A stretch of 64,000 bases of DNA from Octopus sinensis (GCF_006345805.1 NC_042999.1:115878001-115942000); one strand, 5' to 3'. Shown: positions 12,690 to 26,744, counted from the stretch's first letter. Made by a program: numbers and translations. Notes: generated by a model not told the origin, from the sequence alone.

Positions 12690-13990
12690 TATAGCCAACC
12701 TAGAACTGAACAACCAAAACAAGAGTGATATGAACGTTCTCCTCGATACCACTAAAAACTTCCTCATGTTTCCTGTCCAACTAGGGGAAATAACATACTT
12801 GACCTAGTCATTACTGACAGTACAGACTTCATTCACAATGTTTCCGATCACAACGTTATACAATTACCTGTATATGGTTTAAAGAGGGCAGAACATGCAT
12901 TTAACATCAAATGACACACAGATAACATCAAATATTACTCACTCCACATCGAAACTGAAATCATCAAACCAAACCTGTCGCAGCATATTAACAACCTCAC
13001 CGTTAACAAGGAATTAAGTTTCTGTGAGAATGTTTATGAAGATCTGTCGAAAGCAAAATATATAAAAACGTCTGTTCCCGCAAGAACTTGAATCCACGAG
13101 ATAGACGGATTGCGTAACAGAACTAAACTAACAAAACAGCTAAAAAACAAGTTGTCTCAACAGATGAGATTGCGTGAAAAAAAGAAGAAATGAAAGAACA
13201 TTGGACTGGACCTAAAAATATCTTATGAAAATGAAACTTTGCTAAAGGATCACGGAGCAGTGAAAAATATAAAGCGTAATTTTAAAATCTATTTCTACTC
13301 TGGTAAACAAAAATCATCTACATGTAACCAGATTGGCCCTCCAATCGACTAAAATGGATCATGTACTAATGATTCATTGCAAATATACTCACTCTCGAGT
13401 CTACGATATAACAGTGCAGTATTCCAACTTATAATATACAAAATAATACATAATCCAAATGAATTCTTTGTCCCCTTGGATTCAACAGCAAAGACACGTC
13501 TAGAAATTAGTGATATTACGAAAGATAATATACTTGCAGCTATTAATGACCTATATTTAAACTCAGCATTTGAACCAGATTTTCTCCCAGCCATACAGTT
13601 AAGAGCGTGGAAAAAAAGTTTCGCCAAATCATTAAAGATGTTATTTCAAAAGTTATATTTCGCGAACTACTGAAAGATGCAATAGTAACACATATACACA
13701 AGAGGTAGTAGAGCTGAAGCTAAAAATTACAGACCTCATTCCCTCATATCTCACACATCTGAGTCTTTTGATAACATACTAAAAGTTTTATCTAAAGACT
13801 CGGAATTTTTATCATAATGAAAGAGATCAAAAGCAAAAACAGCCTACGGATTCAAGACGGTCAAATGTTCGCCTCCCAACCCATTACTACAACCCTTCGA
13901 AGATGACTTATTCACAATGAACAAGCAAATAAAATTCAACAAGCGAAGCAACGAAGTGCAGAAAGTACTGAAGAACTGAAAATTAGCTCA
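12690..13990 (+). mobile_element. Decayed CR1-type LINE (end of APE, start of RT)
   Basis: PTRGNNILDLVIT-like, SDHNVI, EPDFLPAIQL..WKKSFAKSLKMLF, KNYRP.SLISH across frames. Confidence 0.7.
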
Positions 13991-14073
13991 TATATATTTA
14001 TAAAATCGGGCACGAAAAAACTAGCCTGTACCAGATAAGTCAAATAACGTATAACCATTTTCTTTCTGCAACT

Positions 14074-14225
14074 GGTGCAGGAAGGCTGTGTGGTAAGAAG
14101 TTAGTTTCTAGGTTCAGTCCTACTGCGTGGCACCTAGGGCAAGTGTCTTTTACTATAGCCTCGATCCGACCAAAGCCTTGTGAGTGGATTTGTCAGAGGG
14201 AAACCGCAGAAGCCTGTCGTATATG
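14074..14225 (+). mobile_element. SINE family B, 5' half
   Basis: GGTGCAGGAAGGCTGTGTGGTAAG...GGTTCAGTCC...CCAAAGCCTTGTGAGTGGATTTG. Confidence 0.8.
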
Positions 14226-14277
14226 AATTAAATGGATGGCTTATTAGCAATTTGAACTTAAAGGCTTCTATTAATTT

Positions 14278-14330
<53 letters not shown>

Positions 14331-14339
14331 TATATATAT

Positions 14340-14379
<40 letters not shown>

Positions 14380-14479
14380 GTGTGTATGTATATATATATA
14401 TATATATATTCACACATATATGTACATATATGTATGTGTGTGTTTGCGTCAGTGTTTGTTTCCCATCGCCGCAGGCATA

Positions 14480-16120
14480 AAATCTTAAAAACAGTAAAAC
14501 ATTTGAAACCAATAATTTTTTCTAACGAATAAACATGTAAATACCTCACCATCTTCTCTCCTTCCACATACACCATAAATCATCCCCATAATATACATAA
14601 AAAGCATGTTTAAAGTTTTACACAAAAGAGCTACTATAGAAATTATCTAAAAATGTCCCTATTTCCAAGCAAAATCCTCACAAAAGATGTTCTAATATAA
14701 ATCCACAAGCATAAATACACACATATAAATATATATTTACGTGCAAGCAAGTTGGAAGAGTCTTTCCTATATTTAATTCTTCTTTAAATTTTTTAATCAA
14801 CTTTTCAAAATAAATTTCATTCCCATTTTTATTCGTGTATATACACACTTTTTATAATGCTTCATTTTCGCATATATTCACAGGAGGCCTAATATGATAT
14901 ATCATAAAATACCCATGTTTGAAACTGAGTTGAAAATATATTTATAAACACATAGTCCTCAAATTCTGCCTTCATAAAACACAAAGGTTAGAATTTCTAC
15001 ACATTAGTCAAATTGCTTATAGAACAATGAACCCCTAGAGAGGAACATATAGACCAACAACCTTAACACTTACCCACCTCTTGTGAACATCAAAACACAG
15101 GATAAACAAATTTCTGTTCTAACAACATAAAATGCCAGGCTAATAACCCCCACCTTCCAAATACAAATAGGAAGTACCCTAAATAACAATAAGTAAAGAA
15201 ACTGAGCAGCCAAAAAATATCACCTTTTTACAAAAAAAAAAGCTAACAACTATTGTTGAGGTTTTGAATACGAGACTAAACTTTGAACCTTTGATCTTTG
15301 CATTTTCAAAGCAAAGGATTAAATCCAATAAAAGCAAATATAACTAAAACTACTGGAATATTCTAGACCTACCCACATCCTTTTTGTGAACCTTCTAAAA
15401 ACCAATCCGGATCTTTTCAGTTTGAACAGCAGTTTTTTCTAGCGGTGTCATATTAAATTGTCACCCATAATTATGACCCTAGTATCGATCTATTGCATTT
15501 CAATCTGTTTTAGGGTTAGGGTTAGTTAGGGTTAGTGGGGGAAGGGTATCTTTTTTTCTTCAGAAATGTAAATAAACCCAATCTGTTTCTTAAACGAGGG
15601 ACATATTCATACGGCACAGAATGTTTTCACCACAACAGACATCATTGATTGGTTGAAATTGAAGAAATCGAAGAAAAAAACAACAAATATCTCACAAACT
15701 ATAGATTTTTCTCAGTAAAGCCAAGAGAAAAATATGTTTTATAAACACATTCTACCTGTATACGAAGTTTAAAAGTGTTTAGTTACGTGGAAATTATTTT
15801 AAAAAACTGCCGTTCAAACCGAAAAGATCCACCAATCCAATGATCTAAGTGGAACATGCCTAAGCATACACACCTGCTTACAAAGTTCTACATACATAAA
15901 TAAATCCTAAACAGCGACACAACCCCAAATTTAATCAATAAAAATTTCTCTAAAACACCTCTCTACTACAAACCACCCTACAACCTAGTTACCACTCCAC
16001 TCAAACCTACACACCTAAGTAAGATTTTAACTCACAGAGACTATATAAAGTTAAGATTAACTTAAACACATTGCAGTCCGCCGATGGCTTACCTGGTCGG
16101 AAGTTCGAAACTGTCTTTGA
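14480..16120 (+). mobile_element. Heavily decayed PLE-like relic interrupted by a MITE
   Basis: Weak motifs IAYRT, QIQIGST, FQSKGLN; degenerate HHR-like string near 16075-16110. Confidence 0.3.
15409..15830. mobile_element. MITE with 30-bp TIRs and 8-bp TSD (Merlin- or hAT-like)
   Basis: TIR GGATCTTTTC(A/G)GTTTGAAC(A/G)GCAGTTTTTT; ACCAATCC at both 15401-15408 and 15831-15838; internal TTAGGG units. Confidence 0.9.
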
Positions 16121-16452
16121 TCTTAGTTTTTAAGATGACTCAGAGAGTCCACTTCAAAATCCACTCGTTCAAATTCAATGAAGTTTTCTCATAAGTTTCT
16201 GGGAGAATAATTATCCCTTTCAGATTAGCTTTGAGCCTATCTTTCTGCCTTAGTCAAAGTTTTCCCATGCTTCTATAGCTCTTTGGGACAGTAATAAAGT
16301 TAGCTGCACGACAGATGCGAAGAATGGAACATTTCTTCCTGGAATCTGTGGAAATGGTGAAACGGTTAAAGAACAACTGCCTCGATATCTGTAGGTTCCC
16401 TACCTTGATTATAAATTCACAGTTTTACGAATAATTATTGGAGTATTTTGTT

Positions 16453-16783
16453 AGGTGCATAGCTAAGTGGTTAGAGCGTCGGGCTTACAATTGTGAGGTT
16501 CTGAGTTCGACTCCCGGACCGGGCTGTGTGTTGTGTTGTTAAGCAAGGTATTTTATTTCACGTTGCTTCAGTTCACTCAGCTGTAGGAATGAGTTGCGAC
16601 GTTCTGTTGCTAAGCTGTATCAGCCTTTACCTGACCCTAGGACAACAACGGTGGCATGGACAGAGGAAACTGGTATAAATGGGCGATTGCTGGTCTTCCA
16701 CAAACAACCTTGCCCGGACTTGTTCCTCTGAAGGAAACTTTCTAGGAGCAATCCCATGGTCAGTCATGACCAAAGGGAGATCT
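16453..16783 (+). mobile_element. tRNA-derived SINE family C
   Basis: A box TAGCTAAGTGGTTAGAGC, B box GAGTTCGACTCC; body matches 28684-29016. Confidence 0.85.
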
Positions 16784-17010
16784 TTATCATTTATTTGGTT
16801 GTTACAAGATGTTTATTTGATTGTTACAAGATGGCATGCTCAAAAAGCTAGGATTACCAGTCAAAGAAAGTGACCAACTAATACTTTACGATTAAAGTCT
16901 ATAGATAGAATAGTTAAAGTATGCAATGCATTTCCATTTTTGATGTCCAAATTCCAACGATATAGCTTTGTTACTTTGTCAGAAAATAGCTCCTTGAAGG
17001 AAATCACACA

Positions 17011-17099
<89 letters not shown>

Positions 17100-18849
17100 G
17101 TATGTATATGTATGTATGAATGTATGTATGCATGTATGTAACTATGCATGTATGTAGGAATTACATATATTCGAAGGGTTTCCACACAGTTTCTGTCATA
17201 TATACAAGAAATTATTTTACTCGAGTTTACTGTGGAACATATCAACTAGAAATGATACGCAGCGAGATTAAACCTAAATTCAAGTGGTTGTAATATATAA
17301 TTATTAACCACACAACGTGTATCTGACTAGCACTTCATTTTCGTTGATCTCTGTCTTAAACTCAAAACGTAAAGATTTTTAACTAAATATCACTCAACAT
17401 TTTGTCCGATGTTTTACTGATTATTACAGTCTACTAACGATCATGATCGTGGCGAGTGCCGGGCGATAGACCAGGTCGTTGAGACCACAATATATCTTCG
17501 ATACGCATTTGAAACCATTTAACTTTATTTACTCATCCAATACTCTTGAGAAAGCCACGCGGCTTATAATAACATATTTCACCTGCTCTGAAACATAGGA
17601 TACCGTGTCTATTCAAAAAGAATCTAATCAATATTTATTGTACACTTGAATCGTAGGAAAGTCTTCAATGATAATACTGGTCCTTTTTTAAAAAAATCGA
17701 TACACACACACGCGCATACATGCACACACACATATACATATAGATACATACATACACATACATATATACATACATATACATGCACATATGTATAAATATA
17801 AATTGTAGGCTTCGATCACACACGCACATACACACACGCACATACATACGTACATACATACATGCATACGTGCATACATACATACGCATACATACACACA
17901 CACATACATACGCATACATACATACACATATTTACTTATATGATTCGTTTGAAATATGAAGTGCCTACATATGTTCTTATGAGGTTAAACACGTAATTTA
18001 TTTTGGGCTGAAGATAACATTGATTTTAATGAAATTAATCGGCTTGTGCGCTCCATAAATAGAACAAATTCATTGAAACTAAGCGAAGCATTGAATATCG
18101 AACACCTATAAAAGTGTGTCTATTTGTGCAAAACTAACATTTTTCTTCTCAGTGAATGATTTGAACAACGCCACTCAGAAATGCAACAACACAATATACA
18201 AAATGTATCCTTTGCTAGTAAATGACTGAACACATAGAAGTTGCTTCATTTATTTCTCTCCTTGAGCGCCAAATTATTCATACTTAAATTGTTTCGATAG
18301 TTTTGTCATTACATTTCTGCCGTTCCTGTTCAAGTGCACGAAGTACACGCAACAGATTTTGCGTGCGTTTAGTTTCAGGTATATTAAATGAAAACTGTTT
18401 TTATTGATAGCAATTAGAGTTCTGGAGAATAATTTCTATAAAGTGAGCTAACAAGTATAATTACTTTCGCTGAAGAAATTCATATATAAAATATTAGATG
18501 CGTGTATCTGTCATTGTTTCTAAAATATATGCAATTGTTGTTTTATCTCTAGGTCAGCTCTGATTAATCAAACCTATTATCAAAGGTATTCCAGTCTTGA
18601 AACTCGCGATTTTTTGCGTATCTAGGGCTCTACTGTCCAGTATATCGTTCTTAATTGAAGACTGTAGAGTGCGATTTAAGGAAATTTGGTTGCTATTCCT
18701 GCTGGTCAAGCGATTCGTAAAGACTCCCTTGCAGCATAATAAGCAGTGCATCAGATTGAAGATCAAATTCTAACATGAAAAACAGTATAATAGCAATTAA
18801 TGAGAGCGACCAGAATAAATTTCATGCGGTTTATAGTTATGTCTCCTCA

Positions 18850-21800
18850 GGAAATTGACTTCGCCTTCTTTCTATTGTCCTGGGACAATAGATAACCTTA
18901 CAATAAATCACTCGGTCCGTAGCTTAGAAATACTGGTTGACGTCCAGCGGGAACAGCTTTGTTTCATGGAGGAGGAAATATCTTCTTTAGTACTTGGTTG
19001 TACAATGCTTTCCAATGTGTGTAGTAGTGGAGCGCGCACACATTATTAGCCATTTGAAAAGACTATGGAATTTACAATTAACTGCACCAGGGTTCCTCTT
19101 CCCCAGGGAACCAGACCTAATGGTATACCTGCGGATGTAGGTCCAGCCCCTGCTTTGCCGGGTCCTGTCTCGGATCACGTTGCACCTCCAAGGGCATCCA
19201 TTGACGGTGATGCCCTCAATCTTAACAGACGGGTATCACCTGATGGAGAAGAGTCAGCTCCCAACCAAACAACACCAAACAAACACCTCATCAGCTGTAG
19301 AAATCATACGATACTCAGCACCCTCAATGCCCGCACCCTCGGCCCTCTTGGCCGTCTAGAAGAACTTGGTGCAAATGCAGAATCACATGGCATTGATATA
19401 ATAGCTGTCCAAGAACACCGATTTTACCACCCTGACAACATCCTCAAATACCATCAAGTCGGTTCTTATCAACTTGTAACCTCCTCAGCATCAAAGAATA
19501 CTGTTAATTCAACAGTTGGAGGTATCGGATTTCTACTTTCATCAAAAGCTAGTGATACTCTCTTGAGTATAGAGTCAATCTCACCTAGAATTATGGTGCT
19601 TGAGATAGATGGAAACCCGAAAACAACATTGGTATGTGTGTATAGCCCACATAATTCGTCTGTGGCAGACGAGATTGAGAATTTTTATGCAACCCTTCGT
19701 TCAACCATTGAGCAAGTACCTCTCCATAATTTTCTAGTTATAGCTGGTGATCTGAATGCTAGACTAGGATCCGATGAGACCAAGTTTACTTTCAACTCTA
19801 AAACTAATCGGAACGGAGAAATGCTCAAAGACTTCTTGGAGGAATTTAATCTCTACACCTCCAGCAATTCTTTTATGAAACCAAAAGGTCAACTTTGGAC
19901 ATTTGAGTCCCCACTTGGTGATAGGGCACAAATTGACTACCTCATCTTTCGAAAGAAATGGCGCAATAGTGTTAAAGACTCGAGATCCTACTCTTCCTTT
20001 AGTTCTGTCGGCTCTGACCACAGAATTGTATCAGCTACCGTTAAGCTTAGTCTTCGCTCATCCAAAAAAGCTAAGCCTCATCCGATGAAAATGATCGACT
20101 GGGAGGAAGTCTTATCTAACCCCGATATGTCCAAACAATTTACTATTGAGGTCTATAACACATTTCAATCTCTGTCTACTTCTGAAATAGACGCTGAGAA
20201 CATTGAAGAAGTATACAGCAGCCTCATCAAATCAACAGAGGAAGTTGCACTGGCTACTCTTCCCAAAAGGAAGAGTAGGGGCCAGAGCAAACCTTCTAAT
20301 TCCCCAAATGTCATCGAAGCCAGAAACCATCTAAAGTCTATATCACTAGCTTATCACCGTTCTCCATCCCAGTCACTGAAGATCCAACTCATAGCTGCCA
20401 AGAAGAATCTTGATGAGGCTTACTTGAACGCCGAGGTCGACTTTATCAATGGCAAAATTAGTAAACTATCCAAAGAGCACATTAGTAAAAAACACCATCT
20501 TGCCTGGAAATCCATCAAAGACCTATCAGGCAAAAATTCTGGGTCATCAATTAGAATTAAAGGGGGATCAGCTAAGAAGCGTTTAGAAAATTGGTCAACC
20601 CATTTTAAAAACCTCCTTGGGAAGAATGCCAAAAATCCCTGATAACCCCACTCTTCCAAGTGTGCCTATATCAGACACGCTGGACATCAACACCTCCCCT
20701 TTTACCATATTTGACTAACAGCAACAACCAAGCAACTAAAAGCCTCGAAACCATTTGGTCCCGACAACATCCCAGCTATAATTTGGAAGGATGATAGATT
20801 TCACACACTTTTGCTTAACCTCTGCAACCACACACTTTCCACCTTTGTCGCTCCAAAGATTTGGCACCAATCTCAAATCATTCCAATACCCCAAAAAAGG
20901 CGATTTATCCCTCGTCACCAACTACAGGGGTATATCTCTAATGTCAATTGCTGCAAAACTGTACAACAAACTGATCCTAAATCGTCTTGTCCTTTTTGTT
21001 GAACCTTTGCTCCGAAAGAACCAAAATAGATTCAGACATGGGCGCTCACAGATACTATACCTACGCAGACTTATTGAAGAATCAAAAGCATTTAATCGCG
21101 ATCTTGAAATGGTATTTGTAGACTTTTCTAAAGCGTTCGATTCTGTAGATAGGTACAAGATGTTTAGAATCCTTAAGCTCTATGGGATACCAGACAAAAT
21201 CATTTCTGCCATCAAGGTCCTCTACACAGATACGTCTTCAACCATCTTAACCCCTGATGGAGAAACATCATCTTTCTCAATCAAAGCCGGAATACTGCAG
21301 GGAGACATACTCGCCCCATTTCTTTTCATCATTGTTGTTGATTATGTGCTACGTATGTCAGTTGATAACATCTCTGGCAAGGGCTTTGAAATAAAACCAA
21401 GAAGAAGTTCCAGACACCCAGATGAGTACTTGACAGACACTGACTTTGCTGACGACATCGCTCTTATCAGTGATTCTCTCTCCAATGCCCAGTCTCTTTT
21501 ACAATCTCTTGAACAAGCTTCAAATTGTGTAGGTCTTTACCTCAATGAGGCCAAAACTGAATACATAAACAAGTGCCTGTCCAACAGTGATTGCATCATC
21601 CATACTCTCAACAATGCGCCCTTAAATATGGTTTCTGATTATAAATATCTTGGGTCATACATATCATCATCTGGAAAAGACTTTCTAACTAGAAAGGGTA
21701 TGGCCTGGTCAGCCTGTAATGACATGAATAAGATCTGGTCATCAAATCTAAGTAGAGACTTCAAACTTGAAATCTTCAAAGCCACAGTCGAACCAATTCT

Positions 21801-22208
21801 ACTATATGGTTCAGAAACCTGGACGTTATCTAAGAAGCTTGAGAGGCGGTTGGATGGAACCTACACTCGCCTCCTTATGAGAGCTCAAAATCTCTCGTGG
21901 AAGCGCCATCCAACCAAAATGCAAATATATGGGAAACTACCACCTGTGTCATCTCTTGTGAAAGGTAGGAGAGTCCAGTTTGCTGGACATTGTTGTAGAG
22001 TTGAAAAAGAAGTAATTTCTACTCTTCTCCTCTGGAAGCCATCTACTCGCAATACCAGAGGGCGCACACTCTCCTACCCTGATGTAATCTCCAGGGATAC
22101 AGGCATCCAGCAACAGGACCTCCGTAATGCCATGATGGACCGTGAAGTCTGGCGTAGCATGGTAAATTCCATTGTCTCGACCACGGTCGAACAATGATGA
22201 TGATGATG
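18850..22208 (+). mobile_element. RTE-clade LINE, near full length, with (TGA)n tail
   Basis: APE + RT coding region followed directly by TGATGATGATGATG; the 5' boundary is uncertain. Confidence 0.85.
19065..22197 (+). pseudogene. RTE ORF: APE endonuclease (19065-20642) + RT (about 20893-22197); frameshifts near 20638, 20715 and 20893
   Basis: STLNARTL, IAVQEHR, GDLNAR, SDHRIV; KKGDLS..NYRGISL, FVDFSKAFDSV, GILQGD.LAPFLF, FADDIAL, YKYLGS, LLYGSETW. Confidence 0.92.
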
Positions 22209-22984
22209 GGACTGTTCAGACAACTAAACATCTCTAAACCACCTACGCATCGTGGTTTATAACATCACACAAGTGTGACATTCGAGATTGTAAGCAAATC
22301 TTAAAATTTGAAAATAACAAAAGATATTGGATTTATTAACATACCCTGACATTTAAACGATGCCTTTAAAAACAAACTTTGAACATCAAAGATTTTCAGT
22401 CTGCAATTTTAAAACTAAAAACAATGGTTCTTTTTTTTTTTTTCTTTAACGAGAAACTAATTTGGATTTGAGGATTTATGTCTGCAATGCTTTTTTCCAT
22501 GTTTCGCTTGTGTTCGAAATCTGTAAATATATATTTTAATTGCATTTGAAAACATTAGTTTGTTTTACTAACTAAAAATTTAAAGCTGTTATTTCATTTC
22601 GAATTTATTAAAGATATAATGTAATTACAATTATAGTTATACATTTAAGGTGCATTCGAAATATATTTTTAAATATATGCTTTAAATGTAAACAAAATAT
22701 ATTTATTATGCAAAACAAATTGTATTCATACATTTTAAATGCGAACAACATGTGCTTATATACAAAACAAGATATACACTTCGAATGCAAACGATTTGCA
22801 TTTCTATAAAAATACACGTGTACCTAAGGCATACACACATATGCACAGAGAAACGCTTACACCGCCCGTTTTCCCTTTTTGAGAGAAACAACTCAAGTTT
22901 TTCTGATGATATTTATAAATTACGCAACCCAACATACATTTTGTTGTCAGGACGTTTTACCCAATTTGAAGGTTTTTTTAATAT

Positions 22985-23350
22985 TACTGAATCCTAAAAT
23001 GGAATCCATTTTATATCATATCTAGATTTCAAGATACCCAAACGTTCCAATCATCTGTGGGTGAAACGCGTGGAATTTAAGATGGTCAACTTTCTCCTGT
23101 CAAAACAAAATGAATACACCAAATATCCATGCTGTTTATGTATGCGGGACAGCAGAGATAAGGGAAAACACTTGGTGATCAAAGAATGGCCGCAACGAAT
23201 ATAAGTTCCAGGGATGTTTAGTGTGGTTGAAGGGCTTTTTGTACAACCGGAAAAATCATCCAACTTCCACTCTATAGAAAGCTTAGTATTATGAATCAGT
23301 TCGTTAAGGCTCTGGATAAAGGTGGCGCATACTTTCACTATGCCAAAATA
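22985..23350 (+). mobile_element. DNA transposase relic, probably Chapaev3/CMC-like
   Basis: KMVNFLL.KQ.EYTKYPCCLC.RDSR...KEWP and IMNQFVKALDK; the superfamily label is from memory of the family and unverified. Confidence 0.55.
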
Positions 23351-23582
23351 GTCGACAAAATTAGGACTTTGGTCCTAATTCCATCAGAATGGACGGCTTT
23401 GCTGGGTTTTACATTCTTGCAATACTTTTACGATATCATGTCTTTAAAGATCAAGTTATATAACGCTCTATCAAAGGATTATCCGGTGCCTGGTGGCTGT
23501 TAATCAACAATTGATAGGAAAGGCTTTTCTTCAAATGTCTGGTAGAAACCTTTGCTTTTTTATCTTTTCCATATGTATGTAT

Positions 23583-23620
<38 letters not shown>

Positions 23621-23791
23621 GGTCCCGGGTTGATCCGGGGTTAACCACAGTAAGTAAGGAATGAAACAGTACTAGTCCTGTAGAAGCTCCTTCTATATAA
23701 TAAATATATATATATATATATATATACATACATACATACATACAAACACACACGCACACACTCAAACACACACACACACACACACACACAC

Positions 23792-23841
<50 letters not shown>

Positions 23842-24226
23842 TACAGGCTGCATCCATAGCATCATTATTAAAACAAATGCGACTGTGCGCCTTGCGGTAA
23901 ACAAATGCAAAGGATTCTACCAGGCGTTTGAAGAAAAAAACTGCCTGTCAAATAATGCTGATAAACAGCAACCACCAAGCGTTAGATAATCTTGCGATAT
24001 GTATGTGTGTGTATGTATGTATCTATGCATATATATTTGTGTGTATGTTTGCATGTATCTATGTATGTATGTGTATGTATGTATGTATGTGTATACATAC
24101 ATGAATACGTTTATACATACTATGAATATTTATAAATATTAGACAATTAGACAACCATTGTTGTGATGGAATTATAAGGTTGTAAAAGTATGACTTTAAA
24201 ATAATTATATATATATATATATATAT

Positions 24227-24271
<45 letters not shown>

Positions 24272-24731
24272 CAAATATATTTTCACTTTGGTCAATCTAG
24301 CACAACTGACATATATATGTGTGCATGCGTGTGTGCATGTTTATATGTATGTATGTGTATATATGTGTGTGTGTGTGTGTCTACTTCGTTTTTTTTTTGT
24401 ACCTGGATTGCAAGATTCTTTATGTGAATTCGTGTTGAAACAAATTATGTTGTGTCTAGGGGAGAGTAATATTGTCTTAATACCTCATTATCTAACACAA
24501 TCGTCGGTTCAATTTCCACTCATTTATTATGTATGTTTTTTCTTCCAAAATTTTCGTTGCTTTTGCAACCTTGTCAATGGATGTTGAGTCAACATCCATT
24601 GACAAGGTTACAAAATGCAATGAAAATTTTAGAAGAAAATTATAAATAATAAGTGAGTGGAAGGCGAAACGGCATGTTAGATAAGGCACGAAAACAATAT
24701 GAATGTCCCCAGACACAACACACACAAACGA

Positions 24732-24788
<57 letters not shown>

Positions 24789-25225
24789 CGTACATAGTGA
24801 ATGAGTGTGTAAAACAGAGAGAAAGAGCGAGAGAGATGAGGTGAAGAATTTTACGATGGTCCATAAATTTTCTCATGCTGATGTTCCGTGACAAATTTTT
24901 TCACTCAATATTTGAGTATTTTTCCTGACAGAATAGACAGTAGCTTCAGAAACTCTCCTGCATCCATCAGCGATCAAAGCTTAGTCATACACTTTGGTGG
25001 GCTGCGCAGTAACACAACGAAAACCTGATAGTAAATTTCGAACGGTGAATTCAGCAACCCCATCTGGCCAAAACAGCTACTCTGCGTTGATAAAGAGCAA
25101 TTACTCATAAACTAGTCCACAGATAGTGTGTCGTATAGCCAGCTAGAAACGATGTTTCCTGGGGCTAAAACAACAGTAAGATCATCCCTTTCGCGACAGC
25201 CACATTATGTTGGTAAATAGCCTTT

Positions 25226-25286
<61 letters not shown>

Positions 25287-25382
25287 TTATATAAATAAGG
25301 ATAAGATCGTTAGTTTAAAATAAAATAACGATTTTATCAAGTGGTCAGCGTGGAAAAATTAACTTTCAGAGGTAATAATTAT

Positions 25383-25527
25383 TAAAATTATAAATTAGGG
25401 TGTCTACGAGATACCACCATGTTTTCTCTCCGAGTTGTGATATGGAAAATTAAGGTGGTTTTAGAGTCAGATCATCGCTGCTATTTTCAGCATGGTGGTA
25501 TCTCGTAGATACCCTAATTTATAATTT

Positions 25528-25529
<2 letters not shown>
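25383..25529. repeat. Inverted repeat, 39-bp arms, 69-bp spacer
   Basis: TAAAATTATAAATTAGGGTGTCTACGAGATACCACCATG / CATGGTGGTATCTCGTAGATACCCTAATTTATAATTTTA, 1 mismatch. Confidence 0.9.
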
Positions 25530-25587
<58 letters not shown>

Positions 25588-25606
25588 AATATATATAAAG
25601 GTAAAT

Positions 25607-26030
25607 ATGCAGTGGGAATGAACCCGGTGGGAATGAACCCATGTGGTTGATAAACAAGCTACTTACCACACATCCACTCCTGCGCCTATATATATATTCT
25701 TTAAGACCCCCTTCGGTCATGAATAACTATGGGATTGCACCTAGAAAGTTCCCCTCCGAGGCACAAGTCCGGGTAACGTTGTTTATGGAAGACCAAAAGT
25801 CACCCATGCATACTTGTGTCCCCTCTCCACACCACTGATGTTATCCAAGGGAAGGGCAGATGCCAATACAGCTTGGCATTAGTGACGTCGCAATTAATTT
25901 CTTCAGCTGAGAACTGAAGCTACGTGAAATATAATGTCTTACTCAAGAGCACAACAGACAGCCCTGTCCGGGAATCGAACTCACTGCCACATGATTGTGA
26001 GCTCGACGCTTTAACTACTGAGTCATGTGT
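25607..26030 (-). mobile_element. SINE C followed by a SINE B head (inverted relative to 28684-29460)
   Basis: Reverse-strand family C body at 25703-26030 plus family B head at 25607-25687. Confidence 0.85.
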
Positions 26031-26046
26031 GTATGTGTGTGTGTGT

Positions 26047-26320
26047 GAAGGTGTGTGGCCGAGTGGTCAGAGAGTGCCTCTCACGATCGCAAGATTGTGG
26101 TCCCGTAAGATCGCAAGATCGTAGTGTTGTGTTCTTCATTTCACGTTGCTCTAACCCTTCCAGCCGAAAATGGGATAAACCTTCGACGGACTGGGGTTTC
26201 GTTTAAAGGGGAATGTTGGCCTGCTCGCTTAGCCAGCAAGGTAGCATCATCGAAGGGTAGATCATTGCGAGGAAGCGCTTTGCGACCAGCCGTGTATAAC
26301 AGCATCCAATACTCCACTCG
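26047..26320 (+). mobile_element. tRNA-headed SINE related to family C, with a different 3' body
   Basis: GGTGTGTGGCCGAGTGGTCAGAG A box; GTGTTGTGTTCTT...TTTCACGTTGCTC shared with family C. Confidence 0.6.
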
Positions 26321-26653
26321 ATACAGTGATGTGCGTGTGTGTGCGTGCGTGAGTGTGTGTGCCTGTGTGCGTGAGTGTGTGTGTATGTGTTTGCGGGCAT
26401 GCGTGTGCGCGCGCGCCAGCGTGATATATACCATATTTATTACATTTTTCGAAATCTACTTTCAAATATGTAAGAGCAATGCCACAACTTTCTCTCGCTA
26501 CATATGGAAAATAGAAGAAAGTCACATCAGCTTTAAAACATTTTAATCGATATTAACGAGTAAGACATATGTCAACGGCATCTCCTTCGTAATCGCTTTA
26601 ACGAATATATATATATATAACGAATTAAATATATATAATGAATATATATATAA

Positions 26654-26744
<91 letters not shown>

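Noticed and set aside
15509-15537. Telomere or chromosome fusion relic
   Set aside because: Only about 4 imperfect units, located inside a TIR/TSD-bounded MITE.
16070-16115. Hammerhead candidate CCGATGG...CGAAACTGTC
   Set aside because: Two core substitutions and no convincing stem I.
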